From positions 1,302,001 through 1,366,000 of the forward strand of contig NC_045138.2 of NCBI RefSeq assembly GCF_008831285.2: a DNA stretch of 64,000 bases, given 5' to 3'. The notes below the pieces were generated by a model. The model made no database searches. It was not told the DNA's origin and was given only the letters and a program-made list of their open reading frames with translations. Shown here one piece after another: positions 1 to 13,031 of the stretch. This DNA comes from Nymphaea colorata. Taxonomy: Eukaryota. Every line of letters begins with the position of its first letter. The first letter of the stretch is position 1. Position numbers and translations under genes: made by a program.

Positions 1-166
1 ACTTTTTTTCTCCTTGAAAGAATTTGCCAGTTTTTGGGTTCACGATGTACAAACGTTTAAAAAATAAAAATTTCAGGCATATCGTGTGTTTTTGCTTGGC
101 CACTTCCCAATCATTTGCCATCAAAATGGTCTGCCAATCACTTAGTGAAGCCAAAAAATTTTAGTT

Positions 167-2366
167 GGAATTATTAATGTGCAAAAATAAATAAACTTTA
201 CAAGGCTGATGTTGGCAGTTGGGAATTATAAAATATGATATAGAAGTGTCCAAGCTGTGTCCTGTACCTGCACCCATGTCTAGTAGTGTCAGAATGAGTT
301 GAGGGTCCTTCCAAGTGTAGTCTGTTTCCATAAAAGATGACATTCCATAAAGGATAACATTCACTTTCTCCTTCATCTCTTAAAGAGCCATTGTGACAGG
401 AGACATTGTGGAAACCATATATTTAGTCACAAAAAAACAGGCTCTTCTAAGCACCCTTTACATGCGTAAATCTCAATTCAACCGGCCTGTGTTAGGTTTT
501 AGCATATATATAGATTGTCACAAAAAACGCTGTTTTTTTAAAAAAAGCGCGTATTTAACGCCAAAAACAGTTCTGTCGTATAATAATCGTACTATTCTCG
601 TTTTTTTTTTTAAAAAGTCAAAAAACAAAAAACGCATATAATACCCGTTTAATACCCGTATTATACGTTATTTTCCCGTTTTTTGTCGTTATTTTCTCTT
701 TTTTTGCCTTTTTTTATTAATTATTATTTTTTATAATTTTTAAGATGTATTAAATGTTTAATTTTTAAAAAAAAATTACCGAACTTTTCCCGTTTTATTC
801 CCGATATATAAAACTTTACCGTATTATACCCGTTTTTTTTTCTCACCGTTTAATACCGGTCCCCGTTTTTTGTGACAATGATATATACATATATTAAAAA
901 GCTGTAAATAAACCATAAATGCATGCAATGGCTATCGCGACGGTTTAAAAAAATAAACAATACAAAACAAGAAAGGGTGAGAAGAAGAAGATCATCATAC
1001 ATTGAGAAGACGGCGCCGGGAGGAAAAGCACAAGAACCTCCACGAACAAAGCGCCAGAAAATCGATACCTGAACCAGAAATCCTTCAAATACACAGGCTC
1101 AGAGCGTCGATTAAAACCCAAAACATGATTGGCGGTCACGCTACGTGAAAGAAAGGCATAAGTAAGACGAAAAGGAAGCAAACACATTTCAGCGCTTCAA
1201 CAAACACACTCGTAGAAAATCCTAAAACTTCAACGCTTTTTAGAGACAAAACACGGAACACAAAAAAAAACTTCCAAATTTCGCGCATTCTTTCTGTTCA
1301 GTAACAACAGTTCTTAAAGTTCTTAAAGCACACAGAAAGCAACCGAATAAAAGCAGCACCTCACAGAGCAAAGTAAACCAACGAGAGAGAGAGACAGAAC
1401 GATGCGCACCTCAGAGCTCCAATTAATGGCTTCCCTTGGAGTTAAAGAAGCCTGGAACAACTCAATCGTCAGAGAGAGGGAGAGAGAGAATTGAGATGTG
1501 AATGGGGCTTCTTACTCGACTATATAGGATGGAAGAGAATGAAATCGACAAGCAAGGTTGCAAATGCCACTATTTCATACTATGGTTTTTCACTTTAGGG
1601 AAAAGGGAAAAGTTAGATGATAAATCAAACCACAATTGGAAAGAATTTCGGCACCCATGGAGTATCAACCCTTATTTGGAGCACCTCACAGAGCTCCAAA
1701 TAGTGGCATTTGCAACCTTACTTGTCGATTTCATTCTCTTCCATCCTATATAGTCGAGTAAGAAGCCCCATTCACATCTCAATTCTCTCTCTGACGATTG
1801 AGTTGTTCCAGGCTTCTTTAACTCCAAGGGAAGCCATTGATTGGAGCTCTGAGGTGCGCATCGTTATCTCTCTCTCTCTCTCTCTCGTTGTTTTACTTTG
1901 CACTGTGAGGTGCTGCTTTTATTCGGTTGCTTTCTGTGTGCTTTAAGAACTTTAAGAACTGTTGTTACTGAACAGAAAGAATGCGCGAAATTTGGAAGTT
2001 TTTTTTTGTGTTCCGTGTTTTGACTCTAAAAATCATCGAAGTTTTAGGATTCTTCTACGAGTGTGTTTGTTGAAGCGCTGAAATGTGTTTGCTTCCTTTT
2101 CGTCTGCCTTTCTTTCGCGAAGATTGACCGCGAATCATGTTTTGGGTTTTAATCGACGCTTTGAGCCTGGGTTTAATCGGTCATCTTTTATGGTCATCTT
2201 TTATGGTCACAGAGTACACTTGGAGGGACACTCAATTCATTCTGACACTACTAGACCTGGGTGCAGGTACAGGGCACAGCTTGGACACTTCTATATCATA
2301 TTTTATAATTCCCAACTGCCAACATCAGGCATATAAAGTTTATTTATTTTTTAGCGTTAATAATTC
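167..2366. repeat. Nested long inverted repeat (outer arms ~167-340 / ~2195-2366; inner arms ~1095-1575 / ~1698-2168; ~120-nt loop)
   Basis: GTTGGCAGTTGGGAATTATAAAATATGATATAGAAGTGTCCAAGCTGTG (~210) is the reverse complement of ~2275-2325. TTCTGTTCAGTAACAACAGTTCTTAAAGTTCTTAAAGCACACAGAAAGC (~1292) is the reverse complement of ~1929-1977. Opposite-strand ORFs 161..376/2137..2385 and 945..1187/2085..2336 share peptides. Confidence 0.95.
513..880 (-). mobile_element. Non-autonomous MITE (hAT-like), TIR ATTGTCACAAAAAACG
   Basis: Termini GATTGTCACAAAAAACG ... CGTTTTTTGTGACAATG, with ATATATA on both flanks. Homologous in reverse orientation to 52396-52724. Confidence 0.85.
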
Positions 2367-3303
2367 GACATATTTGATTGTTTAAATCTATATGTGCAAA
2401 ACATTAAAGTTATTGAATTAGTGTCCTTCCTACCAAAACATTAAATCTATATGTTGCCCCACTGTTGGACGTGTCCTGCTCGGTAATCTGCTCGTCGTGT
2501 CCCGAGCGTTTTTCGACATAGCATCCGCTTTTGCTTGGCATGTCTCGCGTCACATGAAGGCATGTCGCGCTTGAAACAAAGCTGGTCGTGCTCCTTCCGC
2601 GTCGCCTAGGCCTTGTCTCTCCCTTTTAAGTGTGTCCCTCCTTGCAAGAAGTCGTGTCCCACCACAAGATGCTTGAACCTCACTGCATTCGGTCAAACCT
2701 TGCCAAGATTCAGCATGGGCCGGGCTTCCTTGGCGTCTTCTGGCTATAGTTAACCTCCCTAGCGAAACACTGTGCTTTTCCGCAGTCACTTCGGCCACGG
2801 CTGCCTCGACATCTCTCAATTAGGCTCCCTTTGCTATTTGCTGCGAACGCGGCAAGTCATCCTCCATCTACTAATATGCCCAGTCCACATCCCTTCCCTT
2901 AACCTCTCTTGCGTGCGAGAAGGCCTTGCGAAGGAGCGAGAGGCACTTTAGCCTCCCTTGCGTGCGGTCAAACAGGAGCCTACGCCCAAAAATTCCTCTT
3001 TTTTTCCCTCACAGTTGCCCTTCCATGGGCACTAGTGGGGCGGATACGGCCAGCTCTCTTTGAGTCTTTTTATCTTTTTTTAATTCCTTCTCCCAGATTT
3101 TCTGTTGACTCTAATTGGTATAAACAAGTGGCTTCCATAACTTATAAAATTTCATGAAAAATTCAATAAACTATGATCATTTGGCTTTATAAGTTCTTCA
3201 TTATACATCAACAGACTTACATAAGAACGGATTTCTAGGGTTTAAATAAAGGGATTCCCATTCACATGACTTAACCATGTGTACTATGTATTCGACTTGT
3301 GCC

Positions 3304-3720
3304 TTATGTTTTTAGGTCTTTGAAGAGAAATTTTTCAGATGCATCAAATATGAAATTCCTGATTAATTGTAGGCAGTGAAGCTGATCATCAATAAGAACC
3401 ATTCTGTGATTTGGATATGTCTTCCAGCCTGTTTCATTAAAAAGAACAGAAATACATGCCCCTGTTCCTCGACTTCCTACTTCACTTAAAACACACACGG
3501 GGAGAAGTTTTTGCCAATGTCACAAATTTTTCTCTTGTAAATGCTGGAGCAGGAAAAATTATGAGACCATTAATTTTTGTTAGCATGGAAAACAACCTCG
3601 GCCATATTAGCTCTATAATAGAAAAGGTATTCGGCGATGCAGGAAATGCATCTGAAAAAAATGGCCACTTGAAATTTGTAATATTCCATAAGGGTCGGTC
3701 TAATGACATACCATATTTTT
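3304..3720 (-). pseudogene. Unidentified degenerate coding segment (two overlapping ORFs joinable by a frameshift)
   Basis: ORFs 3482..3709 and 3304..3498 read as a continuous protein-like sequence (...TREKFVTLAKTSP / CVLSEVGSRGTGACIS...). Family not recognised. Confidence 0.3.
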
Positions 3721-4359
3721 GGTGTTAATAATGTTTCTTCTGAAATATTTCTAGAAAACGTCTAGTTTCAAGATCTCATCAACTTTTGGCATGAACCACA
3801 AGTTGGGCCAGAGCAAAACAAAATTATATGGAACAGAGGGCCATGTTTCTCCGCACACTCAGCTCTGTGCCTTGATGTTCGCTATTGCAAGACCTGGCTG
3901 TTTATGCTCTCACCATTTCAAGTTAGCCATTAATTACTACTTCAAACTTATTTGAAGATTAGTCAAAAATGTATTTAATTAAGCAGAAAATTGAGGAGAT
4001 CAAGATCAACAGGGGGCTTGAGACAAGGTGGGTCCAAACAGAAGGACTTGGTAAGAGACAGCATATCACATCAAATATAGTCATGATGATGAACCCTAAA
4101 ACTACAAGAAAAAATAACTTTAACCAACCACATTAAGTTGCCTTGATTTGGACTGCTGCCCAGCTGGGCCATCCCAAATAAGTTCCCTTGGTTAGTTTGC
4201 CTTGCCTTTAAATATGCATCCAAAAGGGATTTGATTGCATGCTTGGTCTCTAAAAAGAAGTCAGTTTCTCTATAAAGTTGCTTCCAGCAAGCCATCTGGG
4301 GTGATGGGTGGGTCGGATTTGGATCCAATTGTAACCATTGCTGGATCTAGATAAAACCG

Positions 4360-4890
4360 AGGATCTGTCAAAACATGCCTTTTAATTCAACCTCAGATCA
4401 AACACAACAAAAGGAAAAAACAAGATGAAAGATCGAGAGATGATAATGAAATGAGAAGCACAAAAAAAATAAAAAAAGAGCATTGATATCAAAGAAGAAG
4501 AAGAGAAAGTACAGAAAACGGTATGAGGTATCTCTCTCTCTCTCTCTCTCTCTCTATGATACCTGGATTGGTCAAAGCTATTACTCGAGCTTCTATATAT
4601 CCTTGCAATCTCTTTCATTGCACCTAGGGGTGAAGATGTCTTTCTTTTTTAGGATGTATTTTTCAATAAAATTATATTACGACAAAGAGAAAATATTGCC
4701 TCTATTGCTGTATTATTTCTGGGAAAATGTGAGATCTTTGAAGACAATTGTATCCATAAAAGATGCCATTTGATGATATTTTAAGATATTGTGGATGTGA
4801 CAGTTCATTTTGAATAATAATGTGCATAGAAACACACGATCAGAGAATACGTTTAAGATATGAGATAATTTACAAGGATTGAGGAATTCA
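4360..4890 (+). repeat. ~530-bp dispersed repeat (possible solo LTR or TE fragment), copy 1
   Basis: Reverse-complement match to ~45494-46016. ORF peptides are shared (e.g. WIGQSYYSS...HLGVKMSFFFRMYF). Contains a TATA-like CTATATAT. Confidence 0.85.
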
Positions 4891-6729
4891 TTGCCCAAGG
4901 ATTTAAGGATTATAAAGGTAGCATGTCAAACCCCCCAAGGAACCATTAGCAAACAGGATCAAAATTTAGATTTAATCAAGCAACTGAATCATGCTCAAAT
5001 TTAAGACTAATCACAAATCTAGAGTCAAAATTGATCAGAAGATTCAGAACACAATCAAATAATTGCTGAAATTCTTAAAACTTTGGATGAAAAAATATGT
5101 ACTATGGACCTCAGAAGTACTTTATTTACCTCTCTTTCTAACTCAAATGACATAATGGATGGTCTGACCAGCGAAGATTGCTCCAATGGACAATAGCTTC
5201 TACAGAAAACAACTCGTGATGAATGACACTTCCTCTTCTCAAAACCAAAATTATGATGCTCCGATGGTCACCAACTCTGGCAGAGGATGGCAGGTGGTGG
5301 TCATTCCTGCAGGCGATAGGTACAGCAACAATTGAGCCGACAGATGGCAGCTAAAGTCAAAGACGATGGAAAATGCTAGGACAAAAAAAACAGCAGACTG
5401 AGGTTGCCGCAGAAGGTGTTGTAGTTGAGTGAGATTTTGTCTATACCAGTGAAAACAATTTCCAATATAGATCTGCATCCACCAAGCACCCAAACCATCC
5501 TCAATATAGGCTCTTTGCTATAAGCCATTTTTCTGGTGGTGGATGAATCAGGGGCACAGCAGCTACATCACTGTTTGTTGAAAATATTACTGATGATTTG
5601 CAAAGGATAACTAATTGTCTACTTGATAACTGAGCAAACTTTTCTTAGGAGAAAGAGGTCTTCTCCAATATATCACTTCTCAGTTCTCGCCACTCTTTAG
5701 AAGCACTTTTTTCACGATCCCAAGGCACACTACCTAGAAAATTTGCTTTCCTGCCTGTTGCAGTGGTAGTCGTAACCCTAGATCAGTGACTAAACCACCT
5801 AAACAAGTAGTTTCTTAAATAACTATCTAGTAAAAGACTTAGCTAAGATACAGATAACCAAAAGGAGTAACTAAAGACCAACAAATGAATACATTCTATA
5901 ATTTGTAATAACTATTCTTTAGACATTGTACCAAAGCCTCCTGTACACCATATTCAAGCTTCAGCTTATCTTGTTAACATGATGTCATGGACAGTCTTAT
6001 TTGTATTATCCCCAAAAGTTTCACTTGCATCCAGATACCGACTCCATCATAGACTGCATATGTCTGTTTTATAGATTTCCAAACCTTTTCCTTTTTCTTT
6101 TGGTTTGACAACCGGGTGCTAGGTATAATATTAGATTGAGCCCAAAAGGTATACTCCAGATATTGGACTCTAAACCTCCTTCAACCTGCTAAACCTTATG
6201 CTCAACCTTTAGCTCGTTGGATGAAACCAATATATCTTCATCCTATATTTTTCTCGTCAAACACAAGTAGTCACAGAGCAGTTACCAACCTTTTACCAGC
6301 ATTTTGCATAATTTTTTTCCACTCTTGAAACCATATTGTTCAAAAAACTAAATTCTACTTAACACTCACCTAGATATTACCAGCGGGGCATCTCATAAAA
6401 ACATAACCAATTAAGTCAACATGAAGCACCTTTGTCCTGCAAGAAACAATTAGAAACAGTAACAACAGGTGACTGCAGGAGATCGCAAAACAGTAAAAAG
6501 CTCAGTGGCTTGCCCGTGAATCACTACTGAAGACATGTTCACCAAAACTAACATCATGTAACAAACAAATCTCGCAAAACCTGAAGCAAGTGCGAAGCAT
6601 GAAGTGAATATCGTTTATGGAAAACTTAATTAAGACATGACCCACTACAAGTAGCAGACAAAAGCTACTTTACTAATAAAAACAGTTTTTTTCTTTTCTT
6701 TTCCTTTTTTCCCCTCCTTGCAAATAGCT

Positions 6730-7056
6730 ATTGATAAGCATTTTCTTGGCTTCTTTTCAGCAGGATTTAGTATTTGAGAAGAGCACAACAGCGTTATCAA
6801 ATTCACCACAATTACTTGGTGTTGAAAATGTTGTTACGAGCAGCTTGTCAGCAAAGAAAGCATAGCCTTCTTCCACAACCTGAAATAAATGACACATTTG
6901 CAGACCTACAACCTAAGTGAACCAGATAGAAATTAAGAAGAACAATAGATCATAACCTGGTGAGCACGGCAGATAACGTGCTCCTCTAGAAACTCTGTGA
7001 CTTTTGTCAGTGCCAAAGGTATAGGAGACTCAACCTGTGTCATTTATTTCCCCTCG
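6730..7056 (-). pseudogene. Fragment of a type-1 Ser/Thr protein phosphatase (PP1/TOPP) catalytic gene: two degenerate C-terminal exons plus intron
   Basis: Minus strand reads GEINDTG*VSYTFGTDK..VTEFLEEHVICRAHQ | GT-AG intron 6880-6956 | [30 protein letters not shown]...[10 protein letters not shown]. This matches the PP1 consensus GENDRGVSYTFG...ICRAHQVVEDGYEFFA...FSAPNYCGEFDNA...FQILKPAEK. It has a stop, frameshifts and deletions. Confidence 0.9.
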
Positions 7057-7315
7057 CTGAAATGTGGAAATTGTAGGCAGAAAAGAAAGGGAAAATGGCA
7101 GGAAATAGAAGGAAATGTCTGATTCGAGTTCCCCTCGCCCGTGGAATTCCCTTTGTGATTGAAAAAGAGAGGAGAACTCGAGAAGAACAAACCTGCAATC
7201 GAGCTGCAAACAGCAGAAGAGAAGAGAAGAAGCGTGAAAATAAAGTCCGCGAACTCCCTGGGTCCAGCAGAGCCCTCCTTCTCTCCCTCTCTTTCTCTCG
7301 ATCAATGATGGATTG

Positions 7316-7351
<36 letters not shown>

Positions 7352-7517
7352 GGCTCAAATGTGAGCTACCGTTTGCTGCTGGAAATACACTGGTCAGGAG
7401 GAATTTTTCTATTTCATCAAAAACGGGAAAAGAAAAGGACCGTTGGGTGGGCTAGTTGTGCTTCAAATCTTCGGGGGAGGAGAGGGAAAGGTCCAGAGCG
7501 GGAATGATGAATATTTC

Positions 7518-9180
7518 TGTCAAGAATTATGAAGAGGGGCAAAAAACAGAGTATCGAGAGTTTAGAGAGACAGAGAGCAAGAGAAGAACAAGATTACGTG
7601 GTTCGGCAATACTGCCTACATCCACCAAGAAGGAGAAACAAATTTCATTAAACTGGTTTTTGTCTTGTGTTACATCGATGCTATGCTCTTCTTTATATAG
7701 GCAGGGGAGAGGCATGGGATAAGGATAACAATTCCTTAGCCATCAAGAGAAACTTGAGATAACAAAGAGAAAACCGAGATAGCAGCTAATCATTAGAGAA
7801 AAATTTGAGATCTCGATATTCAGATTTGTTGCCTATCCAAGAGAGATCTTCGCTGGTTCTGCCTCATCAAGAGAGATCTTCGCTCGCTGGTTCCACCTTC
7901 TTCCTTAATAAGATAATAACAATCTCCCCCTCAAGTTGGTGCACACATGTCTATCGGTCCCAACTTGTGAATTATAATTTGATGTTTTTCCTTTACCAAA
8001 CTTTTGGTAAATATATCGGCCAATTGCTTGTCGCTTTTGACATGAAATGTTGGAATAGTTTTATCTTGGATCTTCTCCCAAATGAAATGGCAATCAATTT
8101 CTATATGCTTGGTTCGTTCATGAAACACCGGATTAGCTCCAATGTAGTTATAACAACCCGACCCACTCCCGGGCTCGGGCCCCTGGTTCGACGGATCCCA
8201 ACCCGCCCCCTAGCAATTTCGGTTCCAATCCTAAAAAGGCTAGGAACCAGGACAATCATCTCATTAATAGCCTCCCATTATAAGCCCTTGAAGATTCCTC
8301 ACAATCTTCGATACGGGACTAAACATCTGGGGTGTTACAATCCACCCCCCTTAAAGCACACGCGTCCGCGCGTGTGGGACCCCAGGTCCGAGTGTTGAAA
8401 CTGCTCTGATACCACTATAACAACCCGACCCACTCCCGAGTTCGGGCCCCTGGTTCGACGGATCCCAACCCGCCCCCTAGCAATTTCGGTTCCAATCCTA
8501 AAAAGGCTAGGAACCAGGACAATCATCTTATTAAAGCCTCCATTTATAAGCCCTTGAAGATCCCTCACAATCTTCGATACGGGACTAAACATCTGGGGTG
8601 TTACAATCCACCCCCCTTAAGGCACACGCGTCCGCGCGTGTGGGACCCTAGGTCCGAGTGTTGAAACTGCTCTGATACCATTATAACAACCCGACCCACT
8701 CCCGGGCTCGGGCCCCTGGTTCGACGGATCCCAATCCGCCCCCTAGCAATTTCGGTTCCAATCCTAAAAAGGCTGGGAACCAGGACAATCATCTCATTAA
8801 TAGCCTCCCATTATAAGCCCTTGAAGATTCCTCACAATCTTCGATACGGGACTAAACTTCTGGGGTGTTACAATAGCGGTCATGTTGTCACACATCAAGT
8901 TCATGAGTCCATTAGTTTCAATATTCATATGCTTTAGTAAGACTTTAATCCATATCAGTTCACATGTGCATGCTGCCATGGCTCTGTATTCGGCTTCTGT
9001 GCTTGACCTGGCAACTACTGATTGTTTTTTACTCTTCCATGTGACAAGATTACCTCCAACAAGAGTGCAATATCCAGAGGTTGATCTCCTATCATTTGGG
9101 TCGCCTGCCCAATCAGCATCACAATATCCAATGACATCTAATGTCTAACCTCTCTTCATTAAAACTCCTTTCTCTAGAAA
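7518..9180 (-). mobile_element. Truncated Ty1/Copia retrotransposon (end of RT, RNase H, PPT and probable 3' LTR 7518-7921)
   Basis: Minus strand reads IGYCDADWAGDPNDRRSTSGYC...SSTEAEYRAMA...CDN and NPVFHERTKHIEIDCHF...QLADIFTK. PPT TGAGGGGGAGAT is followed by TGTT at 7921, and the LTR probably ends TGACA at 7518. Interrupted by the TRIM array. Confidence 0.9.
8149..8872 (-). mobile_element. Tandem-array TRIM: 3 LTRs (8149-8339, 8416-8605, 8682-8872) and 2 internal segments of 76 bp
   Basis: Three ~190-bp near-identical repeats. Each internal segment has a PBS TGGTATCAGAGC (tRNA-iMet) and a PPT AAGGGGGGTGGAT on the minus strand. Confidence 0.93.
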
Positions 9181-9599
9181 TACGATAACAGACCTGCATT
9201 CAGTTTTCCTAATCAGATCTGGATTTTCTTATGAAATCCAATCGGCCAAATCGGCATATGAATCAAACGTTAGATTATATATTAGTGTGGACACCCTAGT
9301 GATACCCAAATATAAAGATTCGGGTCACTCGTTGGAAGAAAAATCCAAACCATTGATGCTCTCACACCATACTCCACGTGCTGCACTAAAACTTTATTGG
9401 ATGCTCGTGGATGTTGTCCATATCCTGACTACACTCTGAGTAATCGTCTTTTAACTATTAACTAGTGGGAAATTTAGGGCATAAATATTCCTTCTACGAG
9501 CTGCACTTATTCGTTTTCTTTTATACAAGTCAAGTGAAGGGCAGATTATGCAGGAAGTTACGAATGTAATAGAAGTGAGCCGATCTCAGCTGGAGTTCA

Positions 9600-12500
9600 G
9601 TTAGGCCTAGGCATTGGGCCGGCCCGGGTCGATAAGGAGTCCAGCTGGGGCCCATCCGACACCCAAAACCCAAGCCTGGACCTGACCTAACATCCTCAAC
9701 CTGGGCCCAGGCTTAGCCTGACACCCAAAACCCAAGCTTAAACCCAGTCCAGCTCAACCCGATTAAATTCAAAGTTTATTTTTAATGTAAAATACTATAT
9801 AAATATAAATAATTGTAATAAAATATTATAATTATAATTATATATATATATATATATGTTAATGAAATTAACATTGAAAAATCTTATCGAGTCAAACAAG
9901 GCTTAGTCAAGCCCACCCGAGCCGGCCCCGACACCTTTTTTTTTGGGCCCGAGTTGGGCTAGGTACCCAATCCGACACCCAGCCTTAAGTTCAACTCACG
10001 CATTGTTTGGCTCAATTCATTTAAACCTGTGTTACTTGATTCTCTTTTTTTTAATGAAAATAAAACCATGGAAAGAGTGTTAAAAATTCATAAAAAAAAC
10101 ATTGGCATGCAAAGATTAATAAACAGGAAGACACGAGTCAAGTCGAGCTTGAACTCGAACTCGACTCTTTTATAATTCATAACTCAAGCAAGTTCAAGTC
10201 GAGCTCAAGTTGAGCATACACAAACAAGTTCAAGTCGAGTTCAAATTGGTTCGATTCATTGTATATCCAAGCAATATAACCAATGTGCGAGTGAAAGAGT
10301 GCATGTGACCAAAAAGTCTAGTTGCGATCAACTGGTTCAGTCTACATCTAAGTGACAGACCTCTATTGAATACTAACAATCGACCACTTTTCACACCTGA
10401 AATTTATATGTAAATTTTAAACATTTTAGCTTAGCATATATAAAAATTCTCAAATTTTTTATTACAGCTTCGGTTAAAATTGTGAAACTATAGTTTGATC
10501 TATGCAACGAAAAATTACTGGCTCCACCAAGGCTTGCTTATTGGGCCGACCCGACACTTAAAACCTGAGCCCGATTCTGGCCCGATTAAAACTAAAAAAT
10601 ATGTATATTAATATAAAATAATACATAAAAATAATTAATCTTAATAAAATATTATAATATATAATAATCAATAACATTAATATTAAGAAAAATCTTATCG
10701 GGTCGAACCGGGCTTAGTATGGCCTACTCAAGCCGATCCGCTAAGTTATCGGGTCAACCCAATGCCTTTTTTCGAGCCCATGTCCAGCCAGGTATTGTGT
10801 ACACGACCCAACACCCAGGCTTAGCTCCACCCTCTTGATCTAATGGCTGGGGTCCTGATATTGGCACACACATGTCGAGCATCTGCTGTCCTACAAATGA
10901 TTTAGCTTACCACCATCTAGTTCTTACTTCAATGCGATTGACTTCAACTGAACAAACCCTTGTTTTCTGAATTTAAACATCTTTGAATGACTGTTTCTCA
11001 GATTTAGTTCTAGATGCATCTTCCATGATACTTTCACTAGAAATTATCCAAATTTTTTTATTATGAACCTTAACCAACTAACTAAATTATAATGTGGAAT
11101 TAATTAGCTTAAGACAAAATGGACTTGATATTTCATACCACCATAGGGGAAATTAAATGAAATAAGACGACTGCAATCTCTTAAATGTGTCACAGTTTTA
11201 ATATTAGTCTCTTTCTCTGTTATCTAAAACATGAGAATACATTATTGTTGCCAACGGCGTAGATACCGGACCACTTGGGTGAGGGATATATATAGTGGAT
11301 ACCAAGCCACTTGAGTAAGGGATAAAAACCATATAACACTAATTTAATATAAACCATGCTTTAGTTTAAGTATTGTTGTAAAAAAAATCATTTTTACTAT
11401 CCAAATTTTGATGTTGTAAGAACAGTTTATTTTTTTATTATTAAACATTATTTAAGTAAAAAAATAACCACTAACTTAAGGTATGTTTGTCACCAAATTA
11501 CTCTTAAATCATATCATAACCATAAGGTTAGATTGCAAAAAAATAAATAAATAATAATAATAGTTGATTTTAAGGGGTTTGGTTTTTTTTTTTTTCTTTA
11601 TGTAAGTGATCTAGTTACAACACAAATTTGATACCAATAAAGCAACACCTGAATAGGCAGATGCACTTGTCTGTGTGGAAGTGCATGAATATAAAATCAG
11701 ATGATGTTTTAAATGGGTTGGATCAGCGACGTCTAAATACATAGTGATTGAAAATGACAAGACACTCACGCAAGATGGCCCAGCCGATAAGAAGTCGGGC
11801 TCGGGCTGGCTTGGACCGACACCTGAAACCTAGGTTTGAGCCCAGCCAGGGGCGGTCCAAAAGGGCCCCTTCATGGGCCCTAGCTCCCACCTTTTTTTTT
11901 AATTTACATGTAATTTTAGAAAATTTCACTTGTCTTACATAAAAATTTTGAAAAATGATATTTCGGCCTATGTTAAAATTTAAAAACTTTAATTTGGTTT
12001 TTCTCATAAAAAATTTTGGCTCTGCTCTTGTCACGTATAACCAATCAACAAAGGCATAAAAACAATGAAAGGGACATAAAAAGAAATAGCAAACGAAGCA
12101 AGGATACAAAATGGTAAAGAACAGTAACCATAACAAGAACAAAAGCAAGAAGAGGAAGGAAGAGAAAGAGATAATCAAAAGAAGACAACATCATGCCGCC
12201 AATTCAAAGCATGAGGTGGACATTTGCCTTGACAATGCATTTGATAGAAGCAACACTTGCTGTGAGTTTTTGAGCATTCTGTTGTTGCGCTCTTCCCAAA
12301 CCTACCACAAACAAATGAACCAAGACACTACCACATTAGCTACCAACTAGTAACCCTGAAAGGCTTATCCTAACTCAATACGTCTTAATATCATCATGAT
12401 AGCACCTTTCAAAAAAATATTAATCCAAGAAAATCTTCCGATCAATGTATAAATTAAATTTTATGAAATTTTAAAAAAAATTGAATAAGCTTTCCTAACT

Positions 12501-12970
12501 TTTATAATTGGATTCATACATTAGAATTTTCCCAACTTGTATAATTTGATTCATACATTAGAATTTTAACATAACATATTTAATGTCTTTTACTTATTTT
12601 ATATAATTATGTTTCTGAAAACAACTTAAACATTATGATGCACATTCAAAGATCCTATCAAATGAGTAAAAATTAAAAATCAGTCGCTTAAATATGGTCA
12701 TTATAGGGGCAACGTTAGCAAGTTTGTAATGCTTTTAGTGACAGACTTCACACACACACATATATATATATAAGAAATTGGTATATGACAAATTATCTCG
12801 ATCTTTTCAAGGTGAAAGGTTAAAGGAAAATTAATGAGAAAAAAGAGATAGAATATTTGTTTTAGTAAGATAACATTGAAAATGAATAACAATATGATGC
12901 CTTATGGGTCATGCATCTAAGTGTCAAGTACCTATCAATTTCTTACTCTTTCTCACACACTCACACATTT

Positions 12971-13031
<61 letters not shown>

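Noticed and set aside
1405..1860. miR159/miR319 precursor (GGAGCTC motif)
   Set aside because: No TTTGGATTGAAGGGAGCTC or TTGGACTGAAGGGAGCTC mature sequence is present.
7805..8398. 197-aa ORF as a gene
   Set aside because: It is an antisense read-through of Copia RNase H and the TRIM LTR.
8149..8872. CRISPR-like repeat-spacer array
   Set aside because: The repeats are ~190 bp, the 'spacers' are near-identical and contain PBS/PPT, and the context is eukaryotic. It is a TRIM array.
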